A stretch of 64,000 nt of DNA from IMG/VR virus record IMGVR_UViG_3300037244_000020, positions 1 to 64,000 of that record. The stretch is one strand, 5' to 3'. The translations under genes and the position numbers were made by a program. Shown here piece after piece: positions 52,599 through 62,906 of the stretch (the first letter of the stretch is position 1; every line of letters begins with the position of its first letter). This DNA is from a virus. The notes below the pieces were generated by a model. The model worked only from the letters and a program-made list of their open reading frames with translations. It was not told where the DNA came from and did no database searches.

Positions 52599-55500
52599 GT
52601 GGACATTGCCCAACTCGGCCTTTCAGTCGACTCAACGTTGGCGGTCAAGGGCGCTGGCGAGGTCAGAAGCGCCCTCGACGGGGTTACGGCCAGCGCGGAT
52701 AACGCGACCGCCTCCGTCGGGAGGCTGGCAGGTGCCACGTCTTCAGCCAGCGCTGCACAGAGCGCCGCCGCCACGGCGACCGAGAGCGCTGCGACGTCCA
52801 CATCGTCAGCGGCGACCGCTGCGGAGCGCCTGCTTGCCTCTCTCCAAAGGCAGATCGATCTGTACGCAGCCACGGACGCAGCCATTGCATCCTACAACGC
52901 GTCAGCAGCCAAGGCGACAGAGTCGCAGACAGCACAGATCGAAGCGTCAGCCGCGATGATCAGCCAGTTGCAGGCCGAAGGTGCGCAGCGCGCACAGTAC
53001 TATGCGCAAGTGGAGGCGTCAGCCGCCGCTGGCGATAAATTCATTGCGAGCCTGAAGACGCAGGTAGCCACGATGAATCTGACGAGGGCGGAACTCCTTG
53101 CCTACAAGGCGGATCAGCTAGGCGTGGCGGAAGCCGCCGCGCCGCTGATTGCCGCACTCACTGCGTCAGGAGCTGCCGCCGCTACCGCTGGGGAAAGCGC
53201 GGCGGCGGCGAGCGCGCGGTTTCAGGCTATTGCTGCAGCGGGCGTGGAATGGGCCGCTGCTAATTCTACGGTAACCGGGTCTATAGAGGGGCTGGCGGCA
53301 GCCAACGGCGTCGCTGAAAAGTCCGTCGCAAACCTAACCGCTACGATCGAGGCTCAGAACGTATGGTTTAAGGAGACAACTGCCGAGGTGAACGCGTCGT
53401 CTGCGGCGTCTAAGGGAGCAGCGGCAGCGGCCGAGGCGCGCGCCGCTGCGGTGGACAAGGTGACCACCAGTCTTGAGCGGCAGCTTGTCGCCGCTACCGC
53501 GTCAAAATCGCAACTCGTTGAGTATGACGCGCTCGTTCTGGGGGCTACAGAGCAGGAGACAGCCTACGCTGTTGAGCTTGCCAAGGAAGTTGAGGTACGC
53601 GCTGCACAAGCTGCGCAGGGAGCTAAGATGGCGGCAGCCCTCGAAGCAGAAACTGCGGCGACCAACGGCGCAAGGGGGGCCACGGCGGCATTTACCAGTG
53701 AGATTCTCGTTCTGTTCCGTGAATTGGCACGCGGCAATTTGACACAGTTCGCTGGCTCGCTCACGAGGTTGATCTCACTTGGTGGCGCGACTGCTCTTCT
53801 GTTCAACCCCCTGACGTTAAGCGCGCTTGCGCTCGGCGCCGCATTCGTGAAGGTCGAAAACGAAAACGCTGCGCTTGATCGGGCGCTGGCTCTGACCAAC
53901 GGCTATGTGGGCGAGACCGCAGACAGCATGAATAAGATGGCGGACGCCATATCGCAGAGTGGGGTGACTATCGGCGTGGCGAGGGACGCACTGACAGAAC
54001 TCGCCGCGACGGGACGCGTGACAGGGGCCAATATTCAGCTTCTGGGGACGGCATCGGCGGAAGCGGCAACCTACTTAGGCGTCTCGACCAAGCAGATGGC
54101 AGCCGACTTCACGAAACTCGGCGACGAGCCGGTAAAGGCTGCGGTAAAGCTGAATGAGCAGTACCATTTTCTGACACAGGCCACGTTCGATGCAGCCGAG
54201 GCGCAGCATAAGCAAGGGAATGAGACCGAGGCGGCACGAATTCTGCAAGAGGCGCTCGCCAGCTCCTTCATAAAGGCTGCGGACGACATGAAGACAAAGC
54301 AGGGACCGCTTCTAAAGTTCTGGCAGGACTTGAAGGAAACGATCAGCGGCACGGTAGAAGCGATCGGATCGATTGGCGCGACAGCGGGGCCAGCCGAGAT
54401 TCTCGCGCGGGATCAGGCGAACAAGGCTGCACAGACTGCTAGAGGGCCTTTCAGTTCGTGGACTTCTGAAGATGACGCCAGACTGCAGAAAGAAGCCATG
54501 GCGGCCGTAGCAGCGATCGCAGTAGCGCGCAATAAGTCCGCAGCGGACACGGTGGAACAGCAGCGGGAAACCGCGACGCTCACCTATGACACGTGGCATA
54601 AGAATTACTGGACCAAGCAGCAAAAGGAAGCGCAGGATCTCAAGGACTATGAAGACAAAATAGCGGGGCCACTCGGGTTAAGCGCAGCGCAGCGCGCAGC
54701 GGACGAGGCGCAGATACGAGCCAAAGATAGGCCCAAGGGCGCTGGTGCCGTCAACACCGCCGAAGCGCAAGCCGCACAGCAATCCCTAAAGGATCAGTTC
54801 ACCGAAGAGCAGAAGCTGACGGCAGACAACCAGAAGATCTTAGACGCGGACCATAAGGCGAAGCTCGTCTCGGACACCGACTTTTATACGCAGGAGAGGA
54901 CGCTCGTCGCGCAGGACTTATCGCAAAAACTCGACTACTACAGTAAGTTAGAAGCGCTGCTGAAGTCAGAATCTGAGAGTTCGAAGACGTCTAATTCGCA
55001 GAAGATCAGGGACGCGAAGCAGGTAGCCAGCTTGGAGTCAGATGCCCGCGTGGCGCAGGCCGACGCGGCGGCTAAGACGAAAGTAATTAACGACGCGGAA
55101 CTAAAGGCGACGGACGATAAAACCAACGCGGTCGCGAAATATCAAGCGGTGCTGGACGCGCAGTACATAGCTGCGCAGAAGACGGCGGAAGCGCCGTTGA
55201 CGACCTTTGGGCTGGGTTCGCGGCAGGCCGCGCTGGCATCGGCCGATGCGGCGGCACAGGCAAAGGCTGCGGAGGAGATTACGAAGCTCCAGGCTGCGGC
55301 ACAAGCAGCCGCACTTGCGAATCCTCAATCAGTCACGGATGCCAGCAAAAAAGCGTATGCAGACCAAGTCGCGGCGGCACAGGCGCAAGGGGACAGGCTT
55401 GTCGCGATGAACCATAAAGTCTACGACGAGGTCACTGCGCAGCAGCAAGACTGGCTCGGAGGCGCGAAAACAGCTTGGGCGAACTGGGCGGATAGCGCAA

Positions 55501-56234
55501 ACAATACGGCGTCCCAGGCAGGCAGCACGGTCACCACGGCGCTCAACGGGATGACCGATTCGCTGACCACGTTCGCGACGACTGGCAAGTTGTCGTTCAC
55601 GAGCCTCGCTGACAGCATCATCAAGGACATGATTCGTATCGCGATCCAGGCGGCTGCGACTCAAGCGCTTTCGGCGCTCTTTGGGGCGGTAGGGGGTGGA
55701 GCGAGCAGCGCGATAGGGAGCATCACAGGCGGACTCAGTACGGCTACGGCGGCTCCGATCGCAAGCGCGCTACCGGGTGATAGCATCACCAACTTCCTGA
55801 ACCTGACAGGTAACGTCGTTGGGAAAGCTGATGGCGGCTACATCAGCGGCCCAGGCAGCGGCACGAGCGACAGCATCAACGCGAAGTTGTCGAACGGCGA
55901 GTTCGTCGTGAACGCTGCGGCCACGGCTGCTAACCGACCGATGCTCGAAGCGATGAACGGCGGCGCACAGAGTTCGTCGAGCAAGACGCACTTTGCAACG
56001 GGAGGCTTCGTTGGAAGTTCTCCTAGCACCGTAAGTGGCGGCACGTCGATTGTGTTTAACATCTCGCAAGGTGGAACGTCTCAGGGCGCGGCTCCAGCAG
56101 GAGGCGCAACAGGCGACAAGCAGAAGACTGCCGCGATGCAGAAAGAGCTTGAGTCGGCCGTGCTAGCGGTGGTTCAGAAGCACTCAGAGCCGGGCGGTCA
56201 GATTAACAAAATCATTAAACAGGTGAGTCGTTGA
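52599..56234 (+). CDS. tape measure protein
   Basis: 1211 aa, Ala-rich; LNEQYHFLT; ADGGYISGPGSGTSDSI..LSNGEFV. Confidence 0.92.
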   Translation: MDIAQLGLSVDSTLAVKGAGEVRSALDGVTASADNATASVGRLAGATSSASAAQSAAATATESAATSTSSAATAAERLLASLQRQIDLYAATDAAIASYNASAAKATESQTAQIEASAAMISQLQAEGAQRAQYYAQVEASAAAGDKFIASLKTQVATMNLTRAELLAYKADQLGVAEAAAPLIAALTASGAAAATAGESAAAASARFQAIAAAGVEWAAANSTVTGSIEGLAAANGVAEKSVANLTATIEAQNVWFKETTAEVNASSAASKGAAAAAEARAAAVDKVTTSLERQLVAATASKSQLVEYDALVLGATEQETAYAVELAKEVEVRAAQAAQGAKMAAALEAETAATNGARGATAAFTSEILVLFRELARGNLTQFAGSLTRLISLGGATALLFNPLTLSALALGAAFVKVENENAALDRALALTNGYVGETADSMNKMADAISQSGVTIGVARDALTELAATGRVTGANIQLLGTASAEAATYLGVSTKQMAADFTKLGDEPVKAAVKLNEQYHFLTQATFDAAEAQHKQGNETEAARILQEALASSFIKAADDMKTKQGPLLKFWQDLKETISGTVEAIGSIGATAGPAEILARDQANKAAQTARGPFSSWTSEDDARLQKEAMAAVAAIAVARNKSAADTVEQQRETATLTYDTWHKNYWTKQQKEAQDLKDYEDKIAGPLGLSAAQRAADEAQIRAKDRPKGAGAVNTAEAQAAQQSLKDQFTEEQKLTADNQKILDADHKAKLVSDTDFYTQERTLVAQDLSQKLDYYSKLEALLKSESESSKTSNSQKIRDAKQVASLESDARVAQADAAAKTKVINDAELKATDDKTNAVAKYQAVLDAQYIAAQKTAEAPLTTFGLGSRQAALASADAAAQAKAAEEITKLQAAAQAAALANPQSVTDASKKAYADQVAAAQAQGDRLVAMNHKVYDEVTAQQQDWLGGAKTAWANWADSANNTASQAGSTVTTALNGMTDSLTTFATTGKLSFTSLADSIIKDMIRIAIQAAATQALSALFGAVGGGASSAIGSITGGLSTATAAPIASALPGDSITNFLNLTGNVVGKADGGYISGPGSGTSDSINAKLSNGEFVVNAAATAANRPMLEAMNGGAQSSSSKTHFATGGFVGSSPSTVSGGTSIVFNISQGGTSQGAAPAGGATGDKQKTAAMQKELESAVLAVVQKHSEPGGQINKIIKQVSR

Positions 56235-56584
56235 GCGTCGATCTCGATATTTTTACGTGGCTGCCGCAGTACGGCGCGCAAGGGTCGGTTACGCCTAGCG
56301 TGCTGACTGCGCAGTATGGGGACGGCTATTCTCAAGATGTGCCGATCGGTGTTAACTCGACGCCGCAGGTATGGACCCTGACTTTCAACAACGACCCTGA
56401 TACAGGCGACGCGATCTTTCAATTTATCCAGAACAAAGGAGGCGTTCAGCGGTTCTGGTGGACGCCCCCTCGTCAGAGCCTGGCGGTCAAAGTAAAAACG
56501 ACGGGGGCGTACACGAAAACCGAAACGGACTCAGGACAGGTTACAATCGGGGTTACCTTTACACAGGTCTTTGATCCAGATTAA
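56231..56584 (+). CDS. distal tail protein (lambda gpM-like)
   Basis: QYGDGYSQ..GVN..FWWTPP..FTQVF. Confidence 0.85.
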   Translation: MSVDLDIFTWLPQYGAQGSVTPSVLTAQYGDGYSQDVPIGVNSTPQVWTLTFNNDPDTGDAIFQFIQNKGGVQRFWWTPPRQSLAVKVKTTGAYTKTETDSGQVTIGVTFTQVFDPD

Positions 56585-56586
56585 TC

Positions 56587-57273
56587 ATGACGAATCTCAT
56601 CAACGCGGAAGTCTTAAAGCTCGCCCCGGACCACCTAATAGAACTGTACATTCTGGACACCAACGTAATCGGCGGCGGATCGATCGATTACTTCCACGCG
56701 GGGACGGCCACCAACCGCTGGCCCATCGTTTTCCAGGGCATCACGTACCAGCCATTCCCGATCGAGATCACCGGGTTCGATCGTACAGGACAAGGCACGA
56801 TCCCGAAGCCCAAGGCGTCAGTATCGAACGTGCAAGGCGTCATCTCAGCAACCGCGCTGCAATTCAATGACTTGGTGGGCGCGAAGTTCACACGCAAACG
56901 TACGTTCGCGAAGTTCCTTGACGGCAGCCCGACCGCCGATCCTACGCAAGAGTTTCCGCTCGACATTTATTACGTCAACCAGAAGCTCAACGAGAACGCG
57001 CAGCTTGTAGAGTTCGAACTGACAACGTCGTTCGACATGATCGGCTTATCGCTGCCTAGTCGCCAGATCCTCCAAAACAGTTGCCCGTGGGTCTATAAAA
57101 GCGCTGAGTGTAGCTGGGTGCCTGTGGCGGGGGAGTACTTCGATGTGAACGATGTTTCGCAGGCGCTGATCGGTGGGGATGTGTGTGGCAAACGTCTGAC
57201 ATCGTGTGAGGCTAGGTTCGGAGCGGTTACATTGCCTTTTGGCGGTTTCCCGGGCGCGCGGGCGTATATATGA
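56587..57273 (+). CDS. minor tail protein L
   Basis: CPWVYKSAEC..DVCGKRLTSC..FGGFPG. Confidence 0.92.
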   Translation: MTNLINAEVLKLAPDHLIELYILDTNVIGGGSIDYFHAGTATNRWPIVFQGITYQPFPIEITGFDRTGQGTIPKPKASVSNVQGVISATALQFNDLVGAKFTRKRTFAKFLDGSPTADPTQEFPLDIYYVNQKLNENAQLVEFELTTSFDMIGLSLPSRQILQNSCPWVYKSAECSWVPVAGEYFDVNDVSQALIGGDVCGKRLTSCEARFGAVTLPFGGFPGARAYI

Positions 57274-57351
57274 ATAAGGCTTGCGCTGAGTGCTGCTTTA
57301 ATGGTGCGCGCAAGAGCAGCGGAGACTGGCCTAGCCTACCTTGGAGCAATC

Positions 57352-58080
57352 ATGTCTGACATCGTGCGCCAGATGATCGAGGTCGCCCAGCAGGAGGCGC
57401 ACGACAACGAGCGGCCTCGGGAACGCTGCGGGGTTGTCGTAAAGGAAGGCAACAAGCCACGCTTGATAGAGTGCAGCAACGTACACGACAACCCGCACGA
57501 GTTCTTCAGAATCTCTGCGCAAGAGTGGGCCTACCTGGACATCGATCACGAGGTGCTGTCGGTGTGGCACACGCACCCCAACGGCACGGCTGCTCCCAGC
57601 CAAGCCGATCGCGTGATGATTGAGGCGACGGGTCTGCCGTGGCACATCGTCAGTTGGCCTGAGGGCGGACATAGTTACACGGAGCCGACCGGCTACGAGG
57701 CACCGTATGAGGGCCGAGTATTCGTACACGGCATTCTGGATTGCTACGCGCTTGTGCGGGACTGGTACAGGCGCGAGATGAGCGTAAGCCTGCCCAACGA
57801 TGACCGGGAGGATGAGTGGTGGAATAAGGGGAAGAACACCTACCTCGACGGCTTCGAGAAGAATGGATTCGTGTCGATGGGTGCCGACGTGCGCAACCTG
57901 CGCAGAGGTGACGGAATCCTTATGCAAGTCGTTTCCAAGGTGCCTAACCACGCTGCGGTTTACCTCGGAGATGGTAAAATCCTGCATCATGTGCACGGCA
58001 AGCTGTCGAATATCACCACGTACGGCGGCTACTGGCTGAAGCACACCACGCACATTCTCAGACACCGGGAGCACCTATGA
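57352..58080 (+). CDS. tail tip assembly protein K (JAB + NlpC/P60)
   Basis: ERCG..HTHP..PSQAD; GILDCYALVRDWY..NHAAVYLG..ILHH. Confidence 0.92.
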   Translation: MSDIVRQMIEVAQQEAHDNERPRERCGVVVKEGNKPRLIECSNVHDNPHEFFRISAQEWAYLDIDHEVLSVWHTHPNGTAAPSQADRVMIEATGLPWHIVSWPEGGHSYTEPTGYEAPYEGRVFVHGILDCYALVRDWYRREMSVSLPNDDREDEWWNKGKNTYLDGFEKNGFVSMGADVRNLRRGDGILMQVVSKVPNHAAVYLGDGKILHHVHGKLSNITTYGGYWLKHTTHILRHREHL

Positions 58081-58706
58081 CTACAGTCGTTAACGAGTAC
58101 ACCGAGGTAATCCTCGCAGGCGAGCTTGGAAAGAAATTCGGGCGCGTGTGGAATCTCGTGGTGAAGAACCCGATCCACGCGCTGCGCCTGATTGGGCTGA
58201 ATCGGCCAGACTTCAGGAAGCACCTACGAGAAAGCGCTGAGAAAGGCTTGTTCTATCACGTCATCGTAGATAAGCGCCACCGCAGCGAAGCTGAACTGCG
58301 TCTGCCCGCAGGCAAGCGCTTAATCATCGCGCCTGCTGTGCAGGGGGCAGGAGGGAAGACGTTCGCGATATTTGAGCTTGTGGCTTCGGCGGTCCTCGCT
58401 ATAGTAACCTTCGGGACTAGCCTGATTCCAGAATCGGCTGCCCTCGCCGCAGCGTCGATGGCGGCAGGTCTGGCGCTTTCAGGCATTACAGGACTCTTGA
58501 CCACTGTCCCCAAAGTAGGGACCGGGCAGTCCAGCGCGGCGCTGCAATCCTCGTTCTTTAACGGGGCGACTAATACGCAGCTACAAGGTACGCAGGTTCC
58601 CGTTGTCTACGGTGAAATGCTGATCGGGTCGCAGGTGGTGAGCGCGGCGTTGAGCGCCGTTGATGCCAGTTCGGCTGGGCAGGTTTCAGGGCTGGTCAAA
58701 GAATGA
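58077..58706 (+). CDS. tail assembly protein I
   Basis: LAGELGKKFG..QGTQVPVVYGEMLIGSQVVS. Confidence 0.88.
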   Translation: MTTVVNEYTEVILAGELGKKFGRVWNLVVKNPIHALRLIGLNRPDFRKHLRESAEKGLFYHVIVDKRHRSEAELRLPAGKRLIIAPAVQGAGGKTFAIFELVASAVLAIVTFGTSLIPESAALAAASMAAGLALSGITGLLTTVPKVGTGQSSAALQSSFFNGATNTQLQGTQVPVVYGEMLIGSQVVSAALSAVDASSAGQVSGLVKE

Positions 58707-61700
58707 CGGATGTCGTGAAGTTGAGCAATAGACCCGCTCCGCAGGGCGCAGGCGGGGGCAAGGGCGCAGGCGGGGGTGGGCAGACTCCTACAGAAGACCC
58801 GGACTCGCTCCAGTCGATTGCCTCGGTTGCTCTGCTCGACCTGCTCTGCGAGGGGGAGGTCCAAGGGCTGGTCAACGGCATGCAGTCGATCTTCCTGAAT
58901 GGCGTACCGTTGCTGCAGAATGATGGCGTTACCGCGAACTTCTCAGGCGCGACAGTCGGGTGGACGAACGGCACACAGACACAAAGCTACCTCCCAGGCT
59001 TCGGGGGCGTTGAGGCTACGGTAACACTCAACACGCAGGTAAGAAACAGCCTGCCGATTACGTTGGCGGTAGACAATCCGGCTGCGAATGCTGCAGTCAT
59101 TACGTTGTCGGTTGGAGGGCTGTCCTCAACCAGCAATTCCACGGGCGATGTAACAGGGTCGTCCGTGGAGATGGTCGTCGACTACCAGCCGCAAAACAGC
59201 GGCTGGATTCGCGCGATTGACGCGGTGATCACAGGAAAGACGCGCAGCCCTTATGAGCGCAGTTACCGCTTCCCGTTGACAGGCACCGGCCCGTGGAATG
59301 TGCGGGTGACGCGCGTGACCCCGGACTCCGAGACGCAGTTGCTCGTGAACGATACTTACGTCGACGCGCTGTCGTCCATTGTCGACCAAAAGTTGAGCTA
59401 CCCGAACTCGGCGCTCGTAGGTATGCAGATTGATGCCCGCCAGTTCAGTAGTATCCCGACGCGCACCTATCTTGTGCAGGGCATGAAGATACGGGTGCCG
59501 AGCAACTACGACCCAGTGTCCAGGCTCTATTCGGGTATATGGGATGGCAGCTTCCAAGTCGCGTACTCTAACAACCCGGCGTGGTGCCTGTATGACCTGA
59601 TGACGTCGACTCGGTACGGGCTTGGCAACTATATCGAAGCATCTCAGATCGATACGATTGGCTTGTACGAGATTGGGCAGTATTGCGACGAGATGGTGCC
59701 GGACGGGTTCGGCGGCCAGGAGCCTCGCTTTCAGTTGAACACCGTGCTCAACACGGCCAAAGCCGCGTATGACATGATTCAGGATATCTGCAGCGTCTTC
59801 CGAGGCATGACCTACTGGTCGGCGGGGGCAGTGGTCGTGACGCAGGACGCGCCGACGACGCAGCCGATGCCGCTGTTCTCGCCCGCCAACGTAGTCAATG
59901 GTTCGTTCAACTATGTCGGCAGCGCGCGCAAGGACCGGCATACGGTCGCTTACGTCCAGTGGAATGATCCGGCGCAGCAATACCAGCAGGCGACGGAGTA
60001 TGTTGAAGATCCTGACGGCATCACGCGCTACGGCATCAGGTCTATGCAGATCATGGCGGTCGGGACGACGACGCGGGGGCAGGCGTACAGGCTGGGCAAG
60101 TGGATGCTGCTGTCTGAGCGCGTCGACACGGACCAGTTGACGTTTCAGACGGGTCTTGACGGCGCGCAGTTGTTCCCCGGCCAGATTATTCAGGTCGCAG
60201 ACCCAGTGCGCGCGGCACGTCGTATGGGTGGACGCACGCTTGCAGGTACGACGGTTAGCATTCAACTGGACGCGCCCATCACGTTCGACGGAGGGCAGTC
60301 CTATACGCTGTACTTTATGGATGCGAACGGGGATCAGCAGTCGATAGGCGTTGAGAACACGCTGAACACGACGGACCAGTTGCAATTCGTCACTGCCACT
60401 CCTACCGCGCCGAATCCAGGGTTCATGTGGATGCTTTCATCCACCGACCTGAATACGCAGTTGTTCCGAGTCATTAACGTAACAGAGTCGGCCAAAAACA
60501 CTTTCGACGTACTGGCCGTGACGTACAACGAGTCGAAGTTCAACGACGTTGACTTCAATACGAAGCTGCTGTTACCGCCGATCGGCCTCGGCAGCGGATT
60601 GGGTGCCGCGCTCCCGACGAACTGGTCCGTCACGCCTGCGACGTATCTGAGTGCGCCGGGCGTGCTTGGGCAGAAGCTGATTTTGTCGTGGAGCGGCAAT
60701 ACCACGCAGTTTCAGTTGCAGTACCAAGTCAACAGCGGCGTCTGGGTTACGGCCACGATGCACACGCCTGGGTACGAGATTCTTGGCGTGACGGCAGGTG
60801 ATGTTTACGACTTCCGCGTGTTCGGAGTGTCATCGGACGGCACGCTGTCTTCGTCGCTCGATGAGACCTACACGGTGCTTGCCAAGTCGGTTGCGCCCGG
60901 CGCGCCGTCGAGCCTGACGGCTGCGGGCAATATCCGTTCGGTGGTGTTGAACTGGGGTGCGCCGTCCGATCTGGATCTGGATCATTTCCAAGTGTTCTAT
61001 GCCTCCACTAACATCATCGGCAATGCTGTGCTGGTGGCGGATAAAGTAGGATCGACGACGTGGACGGTAGGGGGTTTGACACCCGGGTCGACGTACTACT
61101 TCTGGGTCCGGGCGGTCAATACAAGCGCGCTGAACGGCCCGTACAACAGCAACATAGGCACGGCCGCGACGGTGCTGTACACGCAGCCGGGCGACTTCTC
61201 CATCGGTAGCATTCTCAACGCAATATCGACCGCAAACGAGATTAATGGCGCGCTGATCGCTAACCAGACGATCACGCAGGCCAACATCGCTGCGCAGGCG
61301 GTAGGCACGGCGCAGATTCAGAGTGCGGCAGTCGGCACGGCGCAGATTGCAAGCGGTGCCGTGACGGCCACGCAGATCGCGAACGCTGCGATCGGCACAG
61401 CACAGATCCAGAACGCAGCGATTACGACGGCGCTGATTCAGACGGCGGCAGTCGGCACTGCACAGATCCAGAATGCGGCGATCTCGTCGGCTTTGATAGC
61501 GAACGCTGCGATTGGCACTGCGCAGATTCAGGATGCGGGGATCACGACGGCCAAGATCGGAACTGCGCAGATCGACACGCTGCGTATCGGGGCGAACGCT
61601 GTTACGACGCTAGCGTCCTGGTCAGGGTTGGGCAGCGGTTGGTATACGTCCACTAACCAGCAGGTTGGGTACACAGCTTCTGGCGGGGATATCCTAGTTT

Positions 61701-61930
61701 TTGTTGTCGGCACGTGCGGCATCCCCGCATCAGGGGAGACTATCCAGAACACACCTGGCGGGGTGACTGTCTCCCTCAACGGAACCGCTGTTGCTTCTGT
61801 TTCCGACAGCTTAGGCACGCAAGTAACAGGGTTCGGGCGGATTACTGGGGTAAATGGCAGCGTTACTGTGAACGTGGCTTCAAACAACGCTCTTTACGTT
61901 AGCGTCGCTATTTTTGAGGCAAAACGATGA
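58703..61930 (+). CDS. central tail fibre / tip protein J
   Basis: LCEGEVQGL, YPNSAL, SNNPAW..YD; FN3 domains; TAQIQNAAI repeats. Confidence 0.92.
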   Translation: MTDVVKLSNRPAPQGAGGGKGAGGGGQTPTEDPDSLQSIASVALLDLLCEGEVQGLVNGMQSIFLNGVPLLQNDGVTANFSGATVGWTNGTQTQSYLPGFGGVEATVTLNTQVRNSLPITLAVDNPAANAAVITLSVGGLSSTSNSTGDVTGSSVEMVVDYQPQNSGWIRAIDAVITGKTRSPYERSYRFPLTGTGPWNVRVTRVTPDSETQLLVNDTYVDALSSIVDQKLSYPNSALVGMQIDARQFSSIPTRTYLVQGMKIRVPSNYDPVSRLYSGIWDGSFQVAYSNNPAWCLYDLMTSTRYGLGNYIEASQIDTIGLYEIGQYCDEMVPDGFGGQEPRFQLNTVLNTAKAAYDMIQDICSVFRGMTYWSAGAVVVTQDAPTTQPMPLFSPANVVNGSFNYVGSARKDRHTVAYVQWNDPAQQYQQATEYVEDPDGITRYGIRSMQIMAVGTTTRGQAYRLGKWMLLSERVDTDQLTFQTGLDGAQLFPGQIIQVADPVRAARRMGGRTLAGTTVSIQLDAPITFDGGQSYTLYFMDANGDQQSIGVENTLNTTDQLQFVTATPTAPNPGFMWMLSSTDLNTQLFRVINVTESAKNTFDVLAVTYNESKFNDVDFNTKLLLPPIGLGSGLGAALPTNWSVTPATYLSAPGVLGQKLILSWSGNTTQFQLQYQVNSGVWVTATMHTPGYEILGVTAGDVYDFRVFGVSSDGTLSSSLDETYTVLAKSVAPGAPSSLTAAGNIRSVVLNWGAPSDLDLDHFQVFYASTNIIGNAVLVADKVGSTTWTVGGLTPGSTYYFWVRAVNTSALNGPYNSNIGTAATVLYTQPGDFSIGSILNAISTANEINGALIANQTITQANIAAQAVGTAQIQSAAVGTAQIASGAVTATQIANAAIGTAQIQNAAITTALIQTAAVGTAQIQNAAISSALIANAAIGTAQIQDAGITTAKIGTAQIDTLRIGANAVTTLASWSGLGSGWYTSTNQQVGYTASGGDILVFVVGTCGIPASGETIQNTPGGVTVSLNGTAVASVSDSLGTQVTGFGRITGVNGSVTVNVASNNALYVSVAIFEAKR

Positions 61931-62313
61931 CCATAACCGACACCAACACGCCGGTCGACTACGTCGTAGCCGACGCGACCGGGAAGATCATAATCAAAGG
62001 GCGCGTCCCGTTCTTTATGCTCGAAGCCCAGCCGCTGCAAACTGGGCAGTCTATCGTGCAGGGCGACGCCGACCCTGCGACCGACTACGTCCTCAAAGGC
62101 GTCATCACGCCCCGCCCCGCCAACCCCACCACGCTGACCGGCATGAAATTGCTGAACGTGCCAAACCCCTCTACTGTTACAATAGACGGCGTAAACCCGC
62201 AGCAAGTGACGGACGGAGAAGTGGATTTGAGTTTTACACAGCCGGGTACATATACCATAACAGTTTCTTCGTGGCCGATGCTTGACGCCTCGTTCCGGGT
62301 GACGCAGCCGTGA
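61927..62313 (+). CDS. tail tip accessory protein
   Basis: ATGA overlap with J. Confidence 0.65.
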   Translation: MTITDTNTPVDYVVADATGKIIIKGRVPFFMLEAQPLQTGQSIVQGDADPATDYVLKGVITPRPANPTTLTGMKLLNVPNPSTVTIDGVNPQQVTDGEVDLSFTQPGTYTITVSSWPMLDASFRVTQP

Positions 62314-62498
62314 AGATAGTCCACAACCCCGACCCGAGGCCGCTGAGGCAGAAAGCATACCCGTCGACCGGGGATCAACTCGACGCGATCTGGAAGATTG
62401 TGAACGCTCTGCTCGCGGGCGGTATTCCGCCTGACGACGCGCTGAAAGTGCGTGACGAGATAGCAGCGGTAAAAGCTAAATACCAAAAGGGGAAATAA
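62310..62498 (+). CDS. small tail-associated protein
   Basis: RQKAYPSTGDQLDAIWK..VKAKY. Confidence 0.65.
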   Translation: MKIVHNPDPRPLRQKAYPSTGDQLDAIWKIVNALLAGGIPPDDALKVRDEIAAVKAKYQKGK

Positions 62499-62903
62499 GT
62501 GGCTGCTGCGGCTTATGATATTCAGCTTGAGCAGGGCGAGACCTTCAGCCCCGTCTGGACATGGAACTGGCCGGGCGCTGGCCCGTTCAACTTCACGGGC
62601 TATTCTGCGCACATGCAGATCAGGTCCACGTTCTATGCAGGGGCGACGCTCGTGGACCTGCACAGCAATACGGGCGGCATCATCTTAGGTGGCGTATTGG
62701 GCACGATGCAGCCGATCATCACGGCATCCGCGTCCGCTGCTCTCCTGTCTGGACAGGTGCCATTGTCCCAAATTCTGAACGGCCGTTCAGTTTATCAGCT
62801 TGGCGTATACGACGTGAAAATTACAGACCCTAGCGGTAGCGTCCTCACCCTCATGGGCGGCAATGTATGGATCGCCCCGCAAGTAACCGTAGGCGGGGCC
62901 TAA
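62499..62903 (+). CDS. tail-fibre adaptor-like protein
   Basis: IQLEQGETF..NFTGYSAHMQIR..GVYDV. Confidence 0.7.
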   Translation: MAAAAYDIQLEQGETFSPVWTWNWPGAGPFNFTGYSAHMQIRSTFYAGATLVDLHSNTGGIILGGVLGTMQPIITASASAALLSGQVPLSQILNGRSVYQLGVYDVKITDPSGSVLTLMGGNVWIAPQVTVGGA

Positions 62904-62906
62904 GAC

